DNA of 64,000 nucleotides, taken from contig JACKBK010000018.1 in assembly GCA_020634555.1 (NCBI GenBank), forward strand, positions 987-64,986, given 5' to 3'. The DNA is from Caldilineae bacterium (GTDB lineage Bacteria > Chloroflexota > Anaerolineae > JAAEKA01). A program made the translations under genes and the position numbers. Shown here in pieces: positions 10,869 through 19,458 of this stretch. Numbering within the stretch: the stretch's first letter is position 1; each line of letters begins with the position of its first letter. The notes under the pieces are model-generated. The model was not told where the DNA came from and made no database searches. It saw nothing but the letters and a program-made list of their open reading frames with translations.

Positions 10869-12532
10869 TGTCTGGTGACCTGGACCGCGCGCCGGCAACC
10901 GTTGAGGACCTGCGCGATTCAGCCTGGCAGAGTGAGATCGGCCGCCCGCTGCTGATCGCCATCCAGATGACCAGCCTGGTTGCCGGTCCGCTGGCCGTTG
11001 CCATCGCGATCACCGAGGATCCGCGGCTGCGTTTCGTGGCAGCGTTGGCGTTCCTGGCAGCATTGGCCGGAGTTTACAGCCACCAGTGGTTGTCGATGCC
11101 CTCACAGCGAGTGACCCGCAAGACCGCCTTCATGCTGGCCGAGCTGGTCGTGCTGGCACTGGTGCTGCGGGTGGCGACCTGGGCGCTGACCGGTGACTGG
11201 CCAACGGTCGAGACTTTGCGCGACTGGCTGCTGGACCCGTTTTCATTTCTGGACGGCTTCTACTTGATCGCGTTTCTGCTTTCGGCGCTGGCCTGGCAGC
11301 GGGCCGGAATCGTGGCCGAGCTGTTCTACCAACTGGCGCTGACGCCCGGCGAGCTGCGTTGGGTGGAGGAACAGCGACTCGGCTCCTGGTGGCGCGGCAG
11401 CCGCTCGACTGACCGCTCTCAGATATCGCGCCAGGAGATGGTCGATGGCTACATCACCCAATGGCTGATCGGCGGCTTCCTCCTGATCCTGTGTGCCGGC
11501 GCCACACGGGTCAGTATCGACAAGGACGCGGGCCTGCATCTCTTCAGCACCGGAGTCCCTGACCAGGTCATCGTGGCCACGGTCGTTTATTTCCTCACCG
11601 GGCTGCTGATGATCAGCCAGGCGCGGCTGGCGCAGATGCGCGCGCTCTGGTACTTCGACGGCGTTGAAGCGCCGCCGGGCCTGGTAAGCCGCTGGAACCG
11701 GCTAAGCCTTCTGGTCATCGTCGGTGTCGGCCTCGCTGCGTCATTGCTGCCGCTGGGATCTACCTGGCAGTTGGGATCGATCGTCAATCTGGTCGTCACA
11801 GTCGTCATGCAGATCGCGATCGGGATCGTCAGCCTGCTGGTTGCACTGTTCTCGTTGGTGCTGCTGTTGTTTGGAAAGCCGGTGGAGGAATTGCCGCAGC
11901 TTCCGATGACCCCCGCACAGGCGCCGCCACCGCCGCCGCCGGTGCCAACCCTTGATCTGCCAGCCTGGTTGGGCGGCGCAGGAGTCTGGCTGGCGGTGAT
12001 CGTGATGCTGATCCTGGTGCTGCGGTTCTTCATTGGCCCGGAGGGACTGGCGGTTACCAAGAATCGGCTACGCGCGCTGGCGCGACGGATATTCGCGCTG
12101 TTTGGCCGCTGGTGGGCTGGCGCAAAAGCAGCCGCGACCAGCCTGTCGGTGGTTGTACCACGACGGCGCGCTGCGGAAGACACAAAAGGTGGTGGGCTGC
12201 GGCTTCCCTGGCGTTTTGTGCGTCTCAACGCGCTGTCGCCGCGGGACCGCGTGCGCTACTTCTACCTCAGCACAGTCCATCGCGCGGCGAAGCAGGGCGC
12301 TGTTCGCCAGCCCAGCCAGACGCCTGTCGAGTTCCTGCACGATCTTGAGTCTACCTGGCCTGAGGCGGAGATGGACACATCGGCCCTGACGGAAGCATTC
12401 CTGGCCGCTCGCTACGACCGGGTTGAGATCACCCCGGACGACGCACAGGAAACCAAGACCGTCTGGGAGCGCGTCAAACGCGCTTTGAAGCAGCAACACG
12501 CGCCGCCAGACGAGTCAAAGGAGGATTCATAG
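10868..12532 (+). CDS. Polytopic membrane protein with a C-terminal DUF4129-like domain
   Basis: ORF 10367..12532 trimmed to the ATG at 10868, which overlaps the DUF58 stop (TGATG). Multiple hydrophobic segments, a PPPPPP linker, and a C-terminus RVRYFYLSTVHRAAKQG..TPVEFLHDL..AFLAARYDR. Confidence 0.7.
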   Translation: MSGDLDRAPATVEDLRDSAWQSEIGRPLLIAIQMTSLVAGPLAVAIAITEDPRLRFVAALAFLAALAGVYSHQWLSMPSQRVTRKTAFMLAELVVLALVLRVATWALTGDWPTVETLRDWLLDPFSFLDGFYLIAFLLSALAWQRAGIVAELFYQLALTPGELRWVEEQRLGSWWRGSRSTDRSQISRQEMVDGYITQWLIGGFLLILCAGATRVSIDKDAGLHLFSTGVPDQVIVATVVYFLTGLLMISQARLAQMRALWYFDGVEAPPGLVSRWNRLSLLVIVGVGLAASLLPLGSTWQLGSIVNLVVTVVMQIAIGIVSLLVALFSLVLLLFGKPVEELPQLPMTPAQAPPPPPPVPTLDLPAWLGGAGVWLAVIVMLILVLRFFIGPEGLAVTKNRLRALARRIFALFGRWWAGAKAAATSLSVVVPRRRAAEDTKGGGLRLPWRFVRLNALSPRDRVRYFYLSTVHRAAKQGAVRQPSQTPVEFLHDLESTWPEAEMDTSALTEAFLAARYDRVEITPDDAQETKTVWERVKRALKQQHAPPDESKEDS

Positions 12533-12539
12533 AACTGGT

Positions 12540-12776
12540 GTAACTGCTCACCCATCACTCCCGCGAAGCTCCCAATGCCATCACAGACAGCAGGCGCCGT
12601 GGTAAGAGACTTCTTCACTGTCCTTCTGAATGGATCAAACACGCGATCCGCACAAGGCCGAACCGATAATGAAGAATCTCTTCGTGGTCGTTTCTTGGCA
12701 AGCGGGAATCCAAGTCTGCGAGGAGTGGATTCCCGCCTTCGCGGGAATGACGCCACTCTGTCGGCTGAGTGGTTAC
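12540..12776. mobile_element. MITE-like repeat, copy A of the GTAAC-terminus / GTCATTCCCGCGGAG family
   Basis: Outer IR: GTAACTGCTCACCC (12540) / GGCTGAGTGGTTAC (12763-12776). Inner IR: ATCACTCCCGCGAAG (12554) / CTTCGCGGGAATGAC (12737-12751). By eye about 85 percent identical to copy 24703..24914. The ORFs predicted across it (12412..12795, 12575..12838, 12630..12860) are repeat-derived. Confidence 0.75.
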
Positions 12777-12841
12777 GAACCAAATCCCGTATCATTATGT
12801 CTACTAAGCATCATGTGGCGCAAGCGCCAAGGAGGTAACTT

Positions 12842-13798
12842 ATGGACTATGGAGCGTTGATTGGACGGGCCTGGCAGATCACATGGCGCTACAAGGTGCT
12901 GTGGATCTTCGGCATTCTGCTGGCGCTGACGGTCAGCGGCGGCGGAACTGTGGGCAGCGGTGGCGGGAACAGCGGCGGGTCGTCAGCGGCTATGGGATCG
13001 GCTGCGTTCGCTCCGATACTTGCCACCTTTCTGGTGCTCTGCTGCTGCGCGCTGCTGTTCTTCATCGTCGTGGCGGTCATCGTGCAATATGTGGCGCGCA
13101 CCGCGCTCTATCGCGGCGTGGACCAGATCGAGGAAGCGGGCGTTGGGCCGACCTGGCGCGAGGGCTTTCGGCTCGGGTGGAGCAACCGCGCCTTTCGTAT
13201 GTTCTTGCTGGACCTGATCATCGGCGTCGTGTTTGCCTTCGCGGCCATGCTGCTGATCGGGCTGGGCGCTCTGCCGCTGTTGCTGCTGATCTTCGACAAC
13301 GAGGCCGCGCGGATCATCGGAGTGGTGGCGACCGTCGGTCTGGAAATGATGGTCTTCTTCGGCTTGATGGTGGCGGGCGTCCTCATCAGCATCGGCGGCC
13401 AGTTCTGGCGGCGCGAGATCGCACTGGCAAACCGTGACATCGGCGCGGCGCTGAGTAGCGGCGTGGCGTTAGCCCGCAACAGCGCCGGCAACGTCGGCGT
13501 CATGTGGGTGATTCTGACCGCGATCGGCCTTGGGTTCGGCCTGGTGACGGCGATGGTGTTCTTCGCGCTGGGAATCATGGCCTTCGGCGCGGGCGGTGGA
13601 CTGGGATACGCGGTCTATGCGTTGACCGACTCGCCAGCGTTGGCGTTCCTGGTCGGCCTGCCGATCTTCCTGCTGATCACCGTAATACCGATGGCCATCG
13701 TGCGAGGCATCTACCTCGTCTTCGACTCCAGCGCCTGGACGTTGGTCTACCGCGAGGTCGCCGAAAGCGCGATGACGGATCTCGTGCCCGCCGCGTGA
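12842..13798 (+). CDS. Hypothetical polytopic membrane protein
   Basis: 318-aa ORF with a Gly-rich loop (GGGTVGSGGGNSGGSS) and at least 6 hydrophobic helices. No recognisable catalytic motif. Confidence 0.6.
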   Translation: MDYGALIGRAWQITWRYKVLWIFGILLALTVSGGGTVGSGGGNSGGSSAAMGSAAFAPILATFLVLCCCALLFFIVVAVIVQYVARTALYRGVDQIEEAGVGPTWREGFRLGWSNRAFRMFLLDLIIGVVFAFAAMLLIGLGALPLLLLIFDNEAARIIGVVATVGLEMMVFFGLMVAGVLISIGGQFWRREIALANRDIGAALSSGVALARNSAGNVGVMWVILTAIGLGFGLVTAMVFFALGIMAFGAGGGLGYAVYALTDSPALAFLVGLPIFLLITVIPMAIVRGIYLVFDSSAWTLVYREVAESAMTDLVPAA

Positions 13799-13803
13799 CG
13801 GCC

Positions 13804-15954
13804 ATGCCAACTTCTGCTGTGAACCTGACCGGGGCCCAGAGGGCCGTCGGCGCTGCGCCCTTCGACCGCACCATCTTCCTCGATGGGCCGGCCGGCGCGG
13901 GCAAGACCACCGCGGGCGTGCAGCGGCTGCTGAACCTGGTGCAAAGCGGCATCGCGGCCAGCTCGATCCTGGTGATGACGCCGGTGCGGCCGCTGGCCAG
14001 GCCGTACAGCGAGGCGTTGCGGCGCACCCGGCTGCGGCCGGGCAGCATCCCGGCGCTGGTCACCGCAGGCGGCCTGGCGCGGCGCAGTGTCGAGCTGTTC
14101 TGGCCGCTGGTCAGCCGAGAGGCCGGTTTCGCCCAGCCTGACAACCCGCCGGTCTTCCTGACACTGGAGACCGCGCAGTATCACATGGCGAGGATCGTCC
14201 GCCCGCTGCTGGAGGACGGCTACTTCGAGTCGGTGGCCATCGATCGCAACCGCATCTACAGCCAGATCATCGACAACCTCAACAAGGCTGCCGTGGTTGG
14301 CTTTCCATACACGGAGATCGGCGCTCGCTTGCACGGGGCATGGATGGGCGACGAGAGCCAGTTGCGTGTCTACCGCGACGCGCAGGAGTCCGCCAGCCGC
14401 TTCCGCGAGTATTGCCTGGACCACAACCTGCTGGACTTCTCGTTGCAGGTCGAGGTCTTCCGGCGCTATCTCTGGCCGTTGGCCGAGTGCCGCGAGTATC
14501 TGCAAGGCACGTACCGGCACCTGATCGTTGACAACCTGGAGGAGGACACACCCTTTACCCACGACCTGCTGCGCGACTGGCTGCCGCAGGTCGACTCGGC
14601 GCTGCTGATCTACGACCGAGAGGCGGGGTATCGCCAGTTTCTGGGCGCCGACCCGGATAGTGGCGCCGCGCTTAAGGTTCTCTGCACGGACTACGTAACC
14701 TTAAATGAGAGCTTCGTAGCGTCTCCAGCACTGCAAGTATTGGGAGCACACTTGGCGACCGCGCTCCGCCAGCCAGCGCCACCCGCACCGCCTGCCGAGC
14801 CTGCGGCCGTGCGCCAGACACTGCTGTTCGAGGAGAACATGCGCTTCTATCCACAGATGCTGGACTGGGTAGCCGCGCAGATCGTTGATCTGGTAGATGG
14901 CGGCGTCCTGCCGGGCGAGATCGTGGTGCTGGCGCCGTTCCTGTCCGACGCGCTGCGCTTCTCGCTGACCAACCGGCTGGCGCAGGCTGGCATCGCAGCC
15001 CGGTCGCACCGCCCATCGCGCGCGCTGCGGGATGAACCGGCGGCCCGCAGCCTGTTGACGCTGACCTCGCTGGCCCATCCCGACTGGCAGCGCCCACCGG
15101 CGCCGTTTGACGTGTCGTACGCGCTGATGCAGGCCATCGACGGGCTGGATCCGGTGCGCGCTCAACTGCTGACCAAGATCGTCTACCGCACCAAGGAGGG
15201 TTCACCCGGTTTCTCCTCCTTCGAGCAGATCAACCCCGACATGCACGAGCGCATCAGCTACGTGCTGGGCGGCCGGTTTGACACGCTGCGGGTCTGGCTG
15301 GCCGATCTACAACAGCGCCGTTCGCCCGCGACGCTGGACCACTTTCTCAGCCGGCTGTTCGGCGAGGTGCTTTCTCAGGCCGGTTTTGGCTTCCACGACA
15401 ATTTCGACGCGTCGCAGGCCGCGGCCAATCTGGTGGAGTCGGTGCAGAAGTTCCGGCAGGCGGTGGCGGAAGGGGACGGGGAAGAGGGAAGGGAAGGAAA
15501 AGAGAGCGGTGATTTGGGGCGCGAGTATCTGGATATGGTAGAGGACGGCGTGATCGCGGCGCAGTATGTGCGGGGTTGGCAGGAGGTGGATCGCAACGCG
15601 GTGCTGCTGGCGCCTGCCCACACCTTCCTGATGATGAACCGGCCGGTGGACTACCAGTTCTGGCTGGATATCGGCAGCCGCGGCTGGTACGAGCGCCTCT
15701 ATCAACCGTTGACGCACCCATATGTGCTGAGCCGTCACTGGCAGCCCGCCCGGCAGTGGGATCACGACGACGAGGACGCCGCCAACCAGGAGCGACTCTA
15801 CAAGCTGGCGGTCGGGTTGCTGCGCCGATGTCGCAAACAGGTTTTCTTGGGCTTGAGCGAGCTGGGCGAGCAGGGCTACGAACAGCGCGGCCCGCTGCTC
15901 TGGGCGTTCAACCACGTGCTGCGGCAGTTGGCAGTGTCGGAGAAAAGACAATAA
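13804..15954 (+). CDS. UvrD/AddB-like P-loop protein (degenerate helicase-like subunit with no nuclease domain)
   Basis: ORF 13504..15954 trimmed to the ATG at 13804 (MPTSAVNLTG...). Walker A LDGPAGAGKTT and a Walker-B-like HLIVDNLEED. The other SF1 motifs are weak or absent. Contains a purine-rich insert encoding EGDGEEGREGKESG. Confidence 0.65.
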   Translation: MPTSAVNLTGAQRAVGAAPFDRTIFLDGPAGAGKTTAGVQRLLNLVQSGIAASSILVMTPVRPLARPYSEALRRTRLRPGSIPALVTAGGLARRSVELFWPLVSREAGFAQPDNPPVFLTLETAQYHMARIVRPLLEDGYFESVAIDRNRIYSQIIDNLNKAAVVGFPYTEIGARLHGAWMGDESQLRVYRDAQESASRFREYCLDHNLLDFSLQVEVFRRYLWPLAECREYLQGTYRHLIVDNLEEDTPFTHDLLRDWLPQVDSALLIYDREAGYRQFLGADPDSGAALKVLCTDYVTLNESFVASPALQVLGAHLATALRQPAPPAPPAEPAAVRQTLLFEENMRFYPQMLDWVAAQIVDLVDGGVLPGEIVVLAPFLSDALRFSLTNRLAQAGIAARSHRPSRALRDEPAARSLLTLTSLAHPDWQRPPAPFDVSYALMQAIDGLDPVRAQLLTKIVYRTKEGSPGFSSFEQINPDMHERISYVLGGRFDTLRVWLADLQQRRSPATLDHFLSRLFGEVLSQAGFGFHDNFDASQAAANLVESVQKFRQAVAEGDGEEGREGKESGDLGREYLDMVEDGVIAAQYVRGWQEVDRNAVLLAPAHTFLMMNRPVDYQFWLDIGSRGWYERLYQPLTHPYVLSRHWQPARQWDHDDEDAANQERLYKLAVGLLRRCRKQVFLGLSELGEQGYEQRGPLLWAFNHVLRQLAVSEKRQ

Positions 15955-16308
15955 TGACCTCGGTCAACTTTTACATGAACACACTTCGCTGCTGTTCGCC
16001 GCCGCGCAAACTGTGGAGTAGGCATCCTCAGATGCCGGGTCACGACGCCGCGCACAGCCCGGCATCTGCCCACTCCGGAGTGCTTCGCAAAGGATGCTTA
16101 CTCAGCGACGCGAGGTGTCTTGATTGCCAGAAAATCAATTCTTGACACCACACTTCTGACCGAAGTCATGATTTCAGTGAAAACAAATTCTTGATCGGCT
16201 GCAACTGCCGAACCCTGGTTTCACGACTAACCTTAAATGCTTTTTGGGGCCTTCTTCTCATAGTCGTTGAGAGAATGTCGCCCGCAATGGATTTTTGACG
16301 AAACGCTT

Positions 16309-18603
16309 ATGCCACCAGAGTCCTTCATTCCTCGTCCCAAACAAGCCGAAGTGCTGGCCTACACCGGCGGCAAGATGGGCGTTTCGGCGGTGCCGGGCAG
16401 CGGCAAGACCGAAACGTTGTCCCGGCTGGCCGCGCAGCTCATCGCGGGCGGCAGCCTTGCCGGCCATCAGGAAGTGCTGGTGGTGACCCTGGTCAACTCG
16501 GCTGTGGACAACTTCTACCGGCGGGTCAGCAACCTGGTGAAGACGCGCGGGCTGCTGCCCCACGCGGGCTATCGGGTGCGCACGCTGCACGGCCTTTCCC
16601 ACGACATTGTGCGCGAGCGGCCGGCGCTGGTCGGCCTATCGGACAAGTTCGAGATCGTGGACGAGCGCAGCGCGGACGAAATACTGGGCGAGGCGGCCGC
16701 GGCCTGGCTGCGCGGCCATCCGTATACGCTGGAACGCTTCCTCGACCCGGCGCTGGAGTCCAGCAAGCTGGACTGGGTGCGGCGCGACCCACTGCTGGAC
16801 CAGGTCAAGGAGATCGCGCTGGCGTTCACCCGCATGGCCAAAGATCGCCAGTTGGCGCCGGAGCAGGTGCGTGACAAGTTGGATGGGCTGGTCAACCCGC
16901 TGCCGCTGGCCGAGATGGGCTGGGCGATTTACGCCGACTACCAGCGCGCGCTGGCTTACCGCGGCGCGGTGGACTTCGACGACCTGATCCGGCTGGCGCT
17001 GCTGGCGTTGCAGAGCGACGACAAAATGCTGGCCCGGCTGGGCGACCGCTGGCCCTTCGTTTTGGAGGATGAAGCTCAGGACAGCAGCCGCCTGCAGGAA
17101 CAGATTCTGCGCCTGCTCACCGGCCCCGATGGCAACTGGGTGCGGGTCGGCGATCCCAACCAGGCGATCTACGAGACGTTTACCACCGCCAGCCCGGACT
17201 ATCTGCGCGATTTTCTCGACGAAGAGGGTGTTGCCCGGCGGGAACTGCCCAACTCCGGCCGCTCCACCGAGAGCATCATCTGTCTGGCGAACCACCTGGT
17301 GACCTGGACGATGGACGAGCATCCGGTTCATGCGGTGCGTGATGCGCTGTCGCCGCCACCCATCCTGCCCGCGCCACCCGGCGACACGCAGCCCAATCCG
17401 CCCGACGACCCGGCGGCCATCTACTTGATGGGCAACAAGTTCAGCCCCGACGGCGAGTTGCGGGCCGTGGTCGAGTCGCTGGTGCGCTGGCTGCCGGAAC
17501 ACCCGGAAAGCACGGTGGCAGTGCTGACGCCGCGCAACAAGCGCGGCTTCGATGTGGTCGATGCTCTGCGGCAGCGCGATGTTGAGACGGTGGACAGCCT
17601 GCTGCGCAGCTCTACGTCGACCCGCAAGGCTGCCGGCGCACTGGCCAACGTGCTGCACCACCTGGCCGACCCGACCGCGCCGCAGCGGCTCGCCAGGGTC
17701 TTTCAGGTTTGGCGCCGCGCCGACCAGGAGGACCCGGAGGCGTGGCAGCATGTCTTGAAGCTCAGCAAGCTGTTGGCCGGTTGCCGTCAGGTGGAGGAAT
17801 ACGTCTGGCCGAGGGCAGGTCAGGACTGGCTGGCCGAGGCTGATCTCTCCGACGAGGACACGGCGTTGCTGGCGATGTTCCGCGGCGCCATCCAACGCTG
17901 GCAGGGAGCGATCGTGCTGCCGGTGGATCAACTGCTGCTGACGCTGGGCCAGGACCTCTTCACCGAGGCCAGCGACCTGGCGCTGACCCACAAGCTGGCG
18001 GTGACGCTGCGCCAGGCAGCCGAGCAGCATCCGCAGTGGCGCCTGCCGGAGTTGGCCGGCGAGCTGGCGGTCATCGCCCGCAACGAGCGCCGCTTCCTTG
18101 GGTTCAGCGACGAGGACAGCGGTTTTGATCCCAGCGCGTACAAGGGCAAGGTGGTGGTGGCGACGATGCACAAGGCGAAGGGGCTGGAGTGGGACCGGGT
18201 CTACCTGATGTCGGCCAACAGCTATGATTTCCCCTCCGGCCAACCCTACGACCAGTACATCGCCGAGAAATGGTTCGTGCGCGATGAATTGAATCTGGGC
18301 GCGGAGGCGCTGGCACAACTGGAGGCACTGTTGGATAATCAACTCATTTACCGCGAGGGCGATGCTACGGCGCAGGCGCGCCTGGATTACGTTCGCGAGC
18401 GGCTGCGACTGCTGTACGTCGGCATCACCCGGGCGAAGCAGGAACTTGTGGTGACGTGGAATTCTGGGCGTTCAGCAACCAGCAGGCCGGAGGCTGTTCA
18501 GGCGCTGCCCCTTGTTGCGTTGCAAAGCTATTGGGAACTGGGCGGCTGCCGGCAGGACGAGCCAGCGTACGCCGCTGAACCTGTCAAATTCAGGAGTGTT
18601 TGA
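16309..18603 (+). CDS. UvrD/Rep-type SF1 DNA helicase (AddA-like, lacking a RecB nuclease domain)
   Basis: ORF 16267..18603 opens on TTG; the first ATG is at 16309. Motif I AVPGSGKTETL, motif II FVLEDEAQDS, motif III VGDPNQAIY, motifs V/VI VATMHKAKGLEWDRVYL and LLYVGITRAKQEL. Confidence 0.9.
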   Translation: MPPESFIPRPKQAEVLAYTGGKMGVSAVPGSGKTETLSRLAAQLIAGGSLAGHQEVLVVTLVNSAVDNFYRRVSNLVKTRGLLPHAGYRVRTLHGLSHDIVRERPALVGLSDKFEIVDERSADEILGEAAAAWLRGHPYTLERFLDPALESSKLDWVRRDPLLDQVKEIALAFTRMAKDRQLAPEQVRDKLDGLVNPLPLAEMGWAIYADYQRALAYRGAVDFDDLIRLALLALQSDDKMLARLGDRWPFVLEDEAQDSSRLQEQILRLLTGPDGNWVRVGDPNQAIYETFTTASPDYLRDFLDEEGVARRELPNSGRSTESIICLANHLVTWTMDEHPVHAVRDALSPPPILPAPPGDTQPNPPDDPAAIYLMGNKFSPDGELRAVVESLVRWLPEHPESTVAVLTPRNKRGFDVVDALRQRDVETVDSLLRSSTSTRKAAGALANVLHHLADPTAPQRLARVFQVWRRADQEDPEAWQHVLKLSKLLAGCRQVEEYVWPRAGQDWLAEADLSDEDTALLAMFRGAIQRWQGAIVLPVDQLLLTLGQDLFTEASDLALTHKLAVTLRQAAEQHPQWRLPELAGELAVIARNERRFLGFSDEDSGFDPSAYKGKVVVATMHKAKGLEWDRVYLMSANSYDFPSGQPYDQYIAEKWFVRDELNLGAEALAQLEALLDNQLIYREGDATAQARLDYVRERLRLLYVGITRAKQELVVTWNSGRSATSRPEAVQALPLVALQSYWELGGCRQDEPAYAAEPVKFRSV

Positions 18604-19439
18604 TGCCTCTCCCCAGCGATTTTCAGTTCAGCCAGGGCAGTTTGCAGGATTTCGTCGACTGCAAGCGCCGCTTCCAGCTTCGCTACCTGCTCGAGATCGC
18701 CTGGCCGGCTGTGCCGGCCGAGCCATACCTTGAGAACGAGCAGCATCTGCGGCTGGGCGCGCTGTTTCACCTGATGGCGCAGCAGCACGTGCTGGGCGTG
18801 GACGAGGGGCGCTTGACAGCCATGGCGCAGGAGGAGCCGCTGGCCGGCTGGTGGCAGAACTTCCTGCAAGACCGGCCGGCGACGGCGGGCGCGCAGTACC
18901 CGGAGACGGTGCTGTCGATGCCTTTCGGCCAGGCAGCCGAACGCCGGTTGCTGGCGAAGATGGACCTGGTGGTAGTGGACAATGGCAGGGCGACGATCTA
19001 TGACTGGAAGACGTCGCGTCGCCGCCCGCCGCGCGCCTGGCTGGCGGAACGCATGCAGACGCGCGTCTATCCATATCTAATGATTCAGGCGGGAGCGGAG
19101 CTGAACGGCGGCCAGCCGTTCGCGCCCGAACAGGTCGAGATGGTCTATTGGTTCGCCGGTTTCCCCAACCGGCCGGAGCGTTTCAGCTACACGGCGGATC
19201 AGTTTGCAGAGGACGGCGCGTCGCTGGCTGGGCTGCTGGATCAGGCGGCGACGTTGAGCCTGAGCGATGCGCCCTTCCCGCTGACGCCTGACGAGAGCAA
19301 ATGCCGGTTCTGCGTCTATCGCTCGCTGTGCAACCGCGGTGTTGTTGCCGGCGATCTGAACGAGCTGGATTTCGACGACCCCGAACCGGCAGTTGAGTTC
19401 GATCTCGACTTTGAGCAGGTGGCAGAGGTTGAGTATTGA
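18603..19439 (+). CDS. PD-(D/E)XK (RecB/AddB/Cas4-type) nuclease with a 4-Cys Fe-S cluster signature
   Basis: The ATG overlaps the helicase stop (TGATG). Motifs DLVVVDNGRATIYDWKTS (D..D/ExK) and QTRVY (QxxxY). N-terminal Cys (FVDCKRRF) plus C-terminal CRFCVYRSLC (CxxCx5C). Confidence 0.85.
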   Translation: MPLPSDFQFSQGSLQDFVDCKRRFQLRYLLEIAWPAVPAEPYLENEQHLRLGALFHLMAQQHVLGVDEGRLTAMAQEEPLAGWWQNFLQDRPATAGAQYPETVLSMPFGQAAERRLLAKMDLVVVDNGRATIYDWKTSRRRPPRAWLAERMQTRVYPYLMIQAGAELNGGQPFAPEQVEMVYWFAGFPNRPERFSYTADQFAEDGASLAGLLDQAATLSLSDAPFPLTPDESKCRFCVYRSLCNRGVVAGDLNELDFDDPEPAVEFDLDFEQVAEVEY

Positions 19440-19458
19440 GCAAACCGCCGCGGATCCA

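Noticed and set aside
12412-12860. ORFs 12412..12795 (-), 12575..12838 (+), 12630..12860 (+), and likewise 24337..24630, 24431..24616, 24609..24818, 24624..25163 and 24691..24906
   Set aside because: All lie across the MITE copies and overlap each other on both strands. Their peptide strings (RGND, AGMT, PRRRES) are repeat-derived. I treat them as non-coding repeat sequence.
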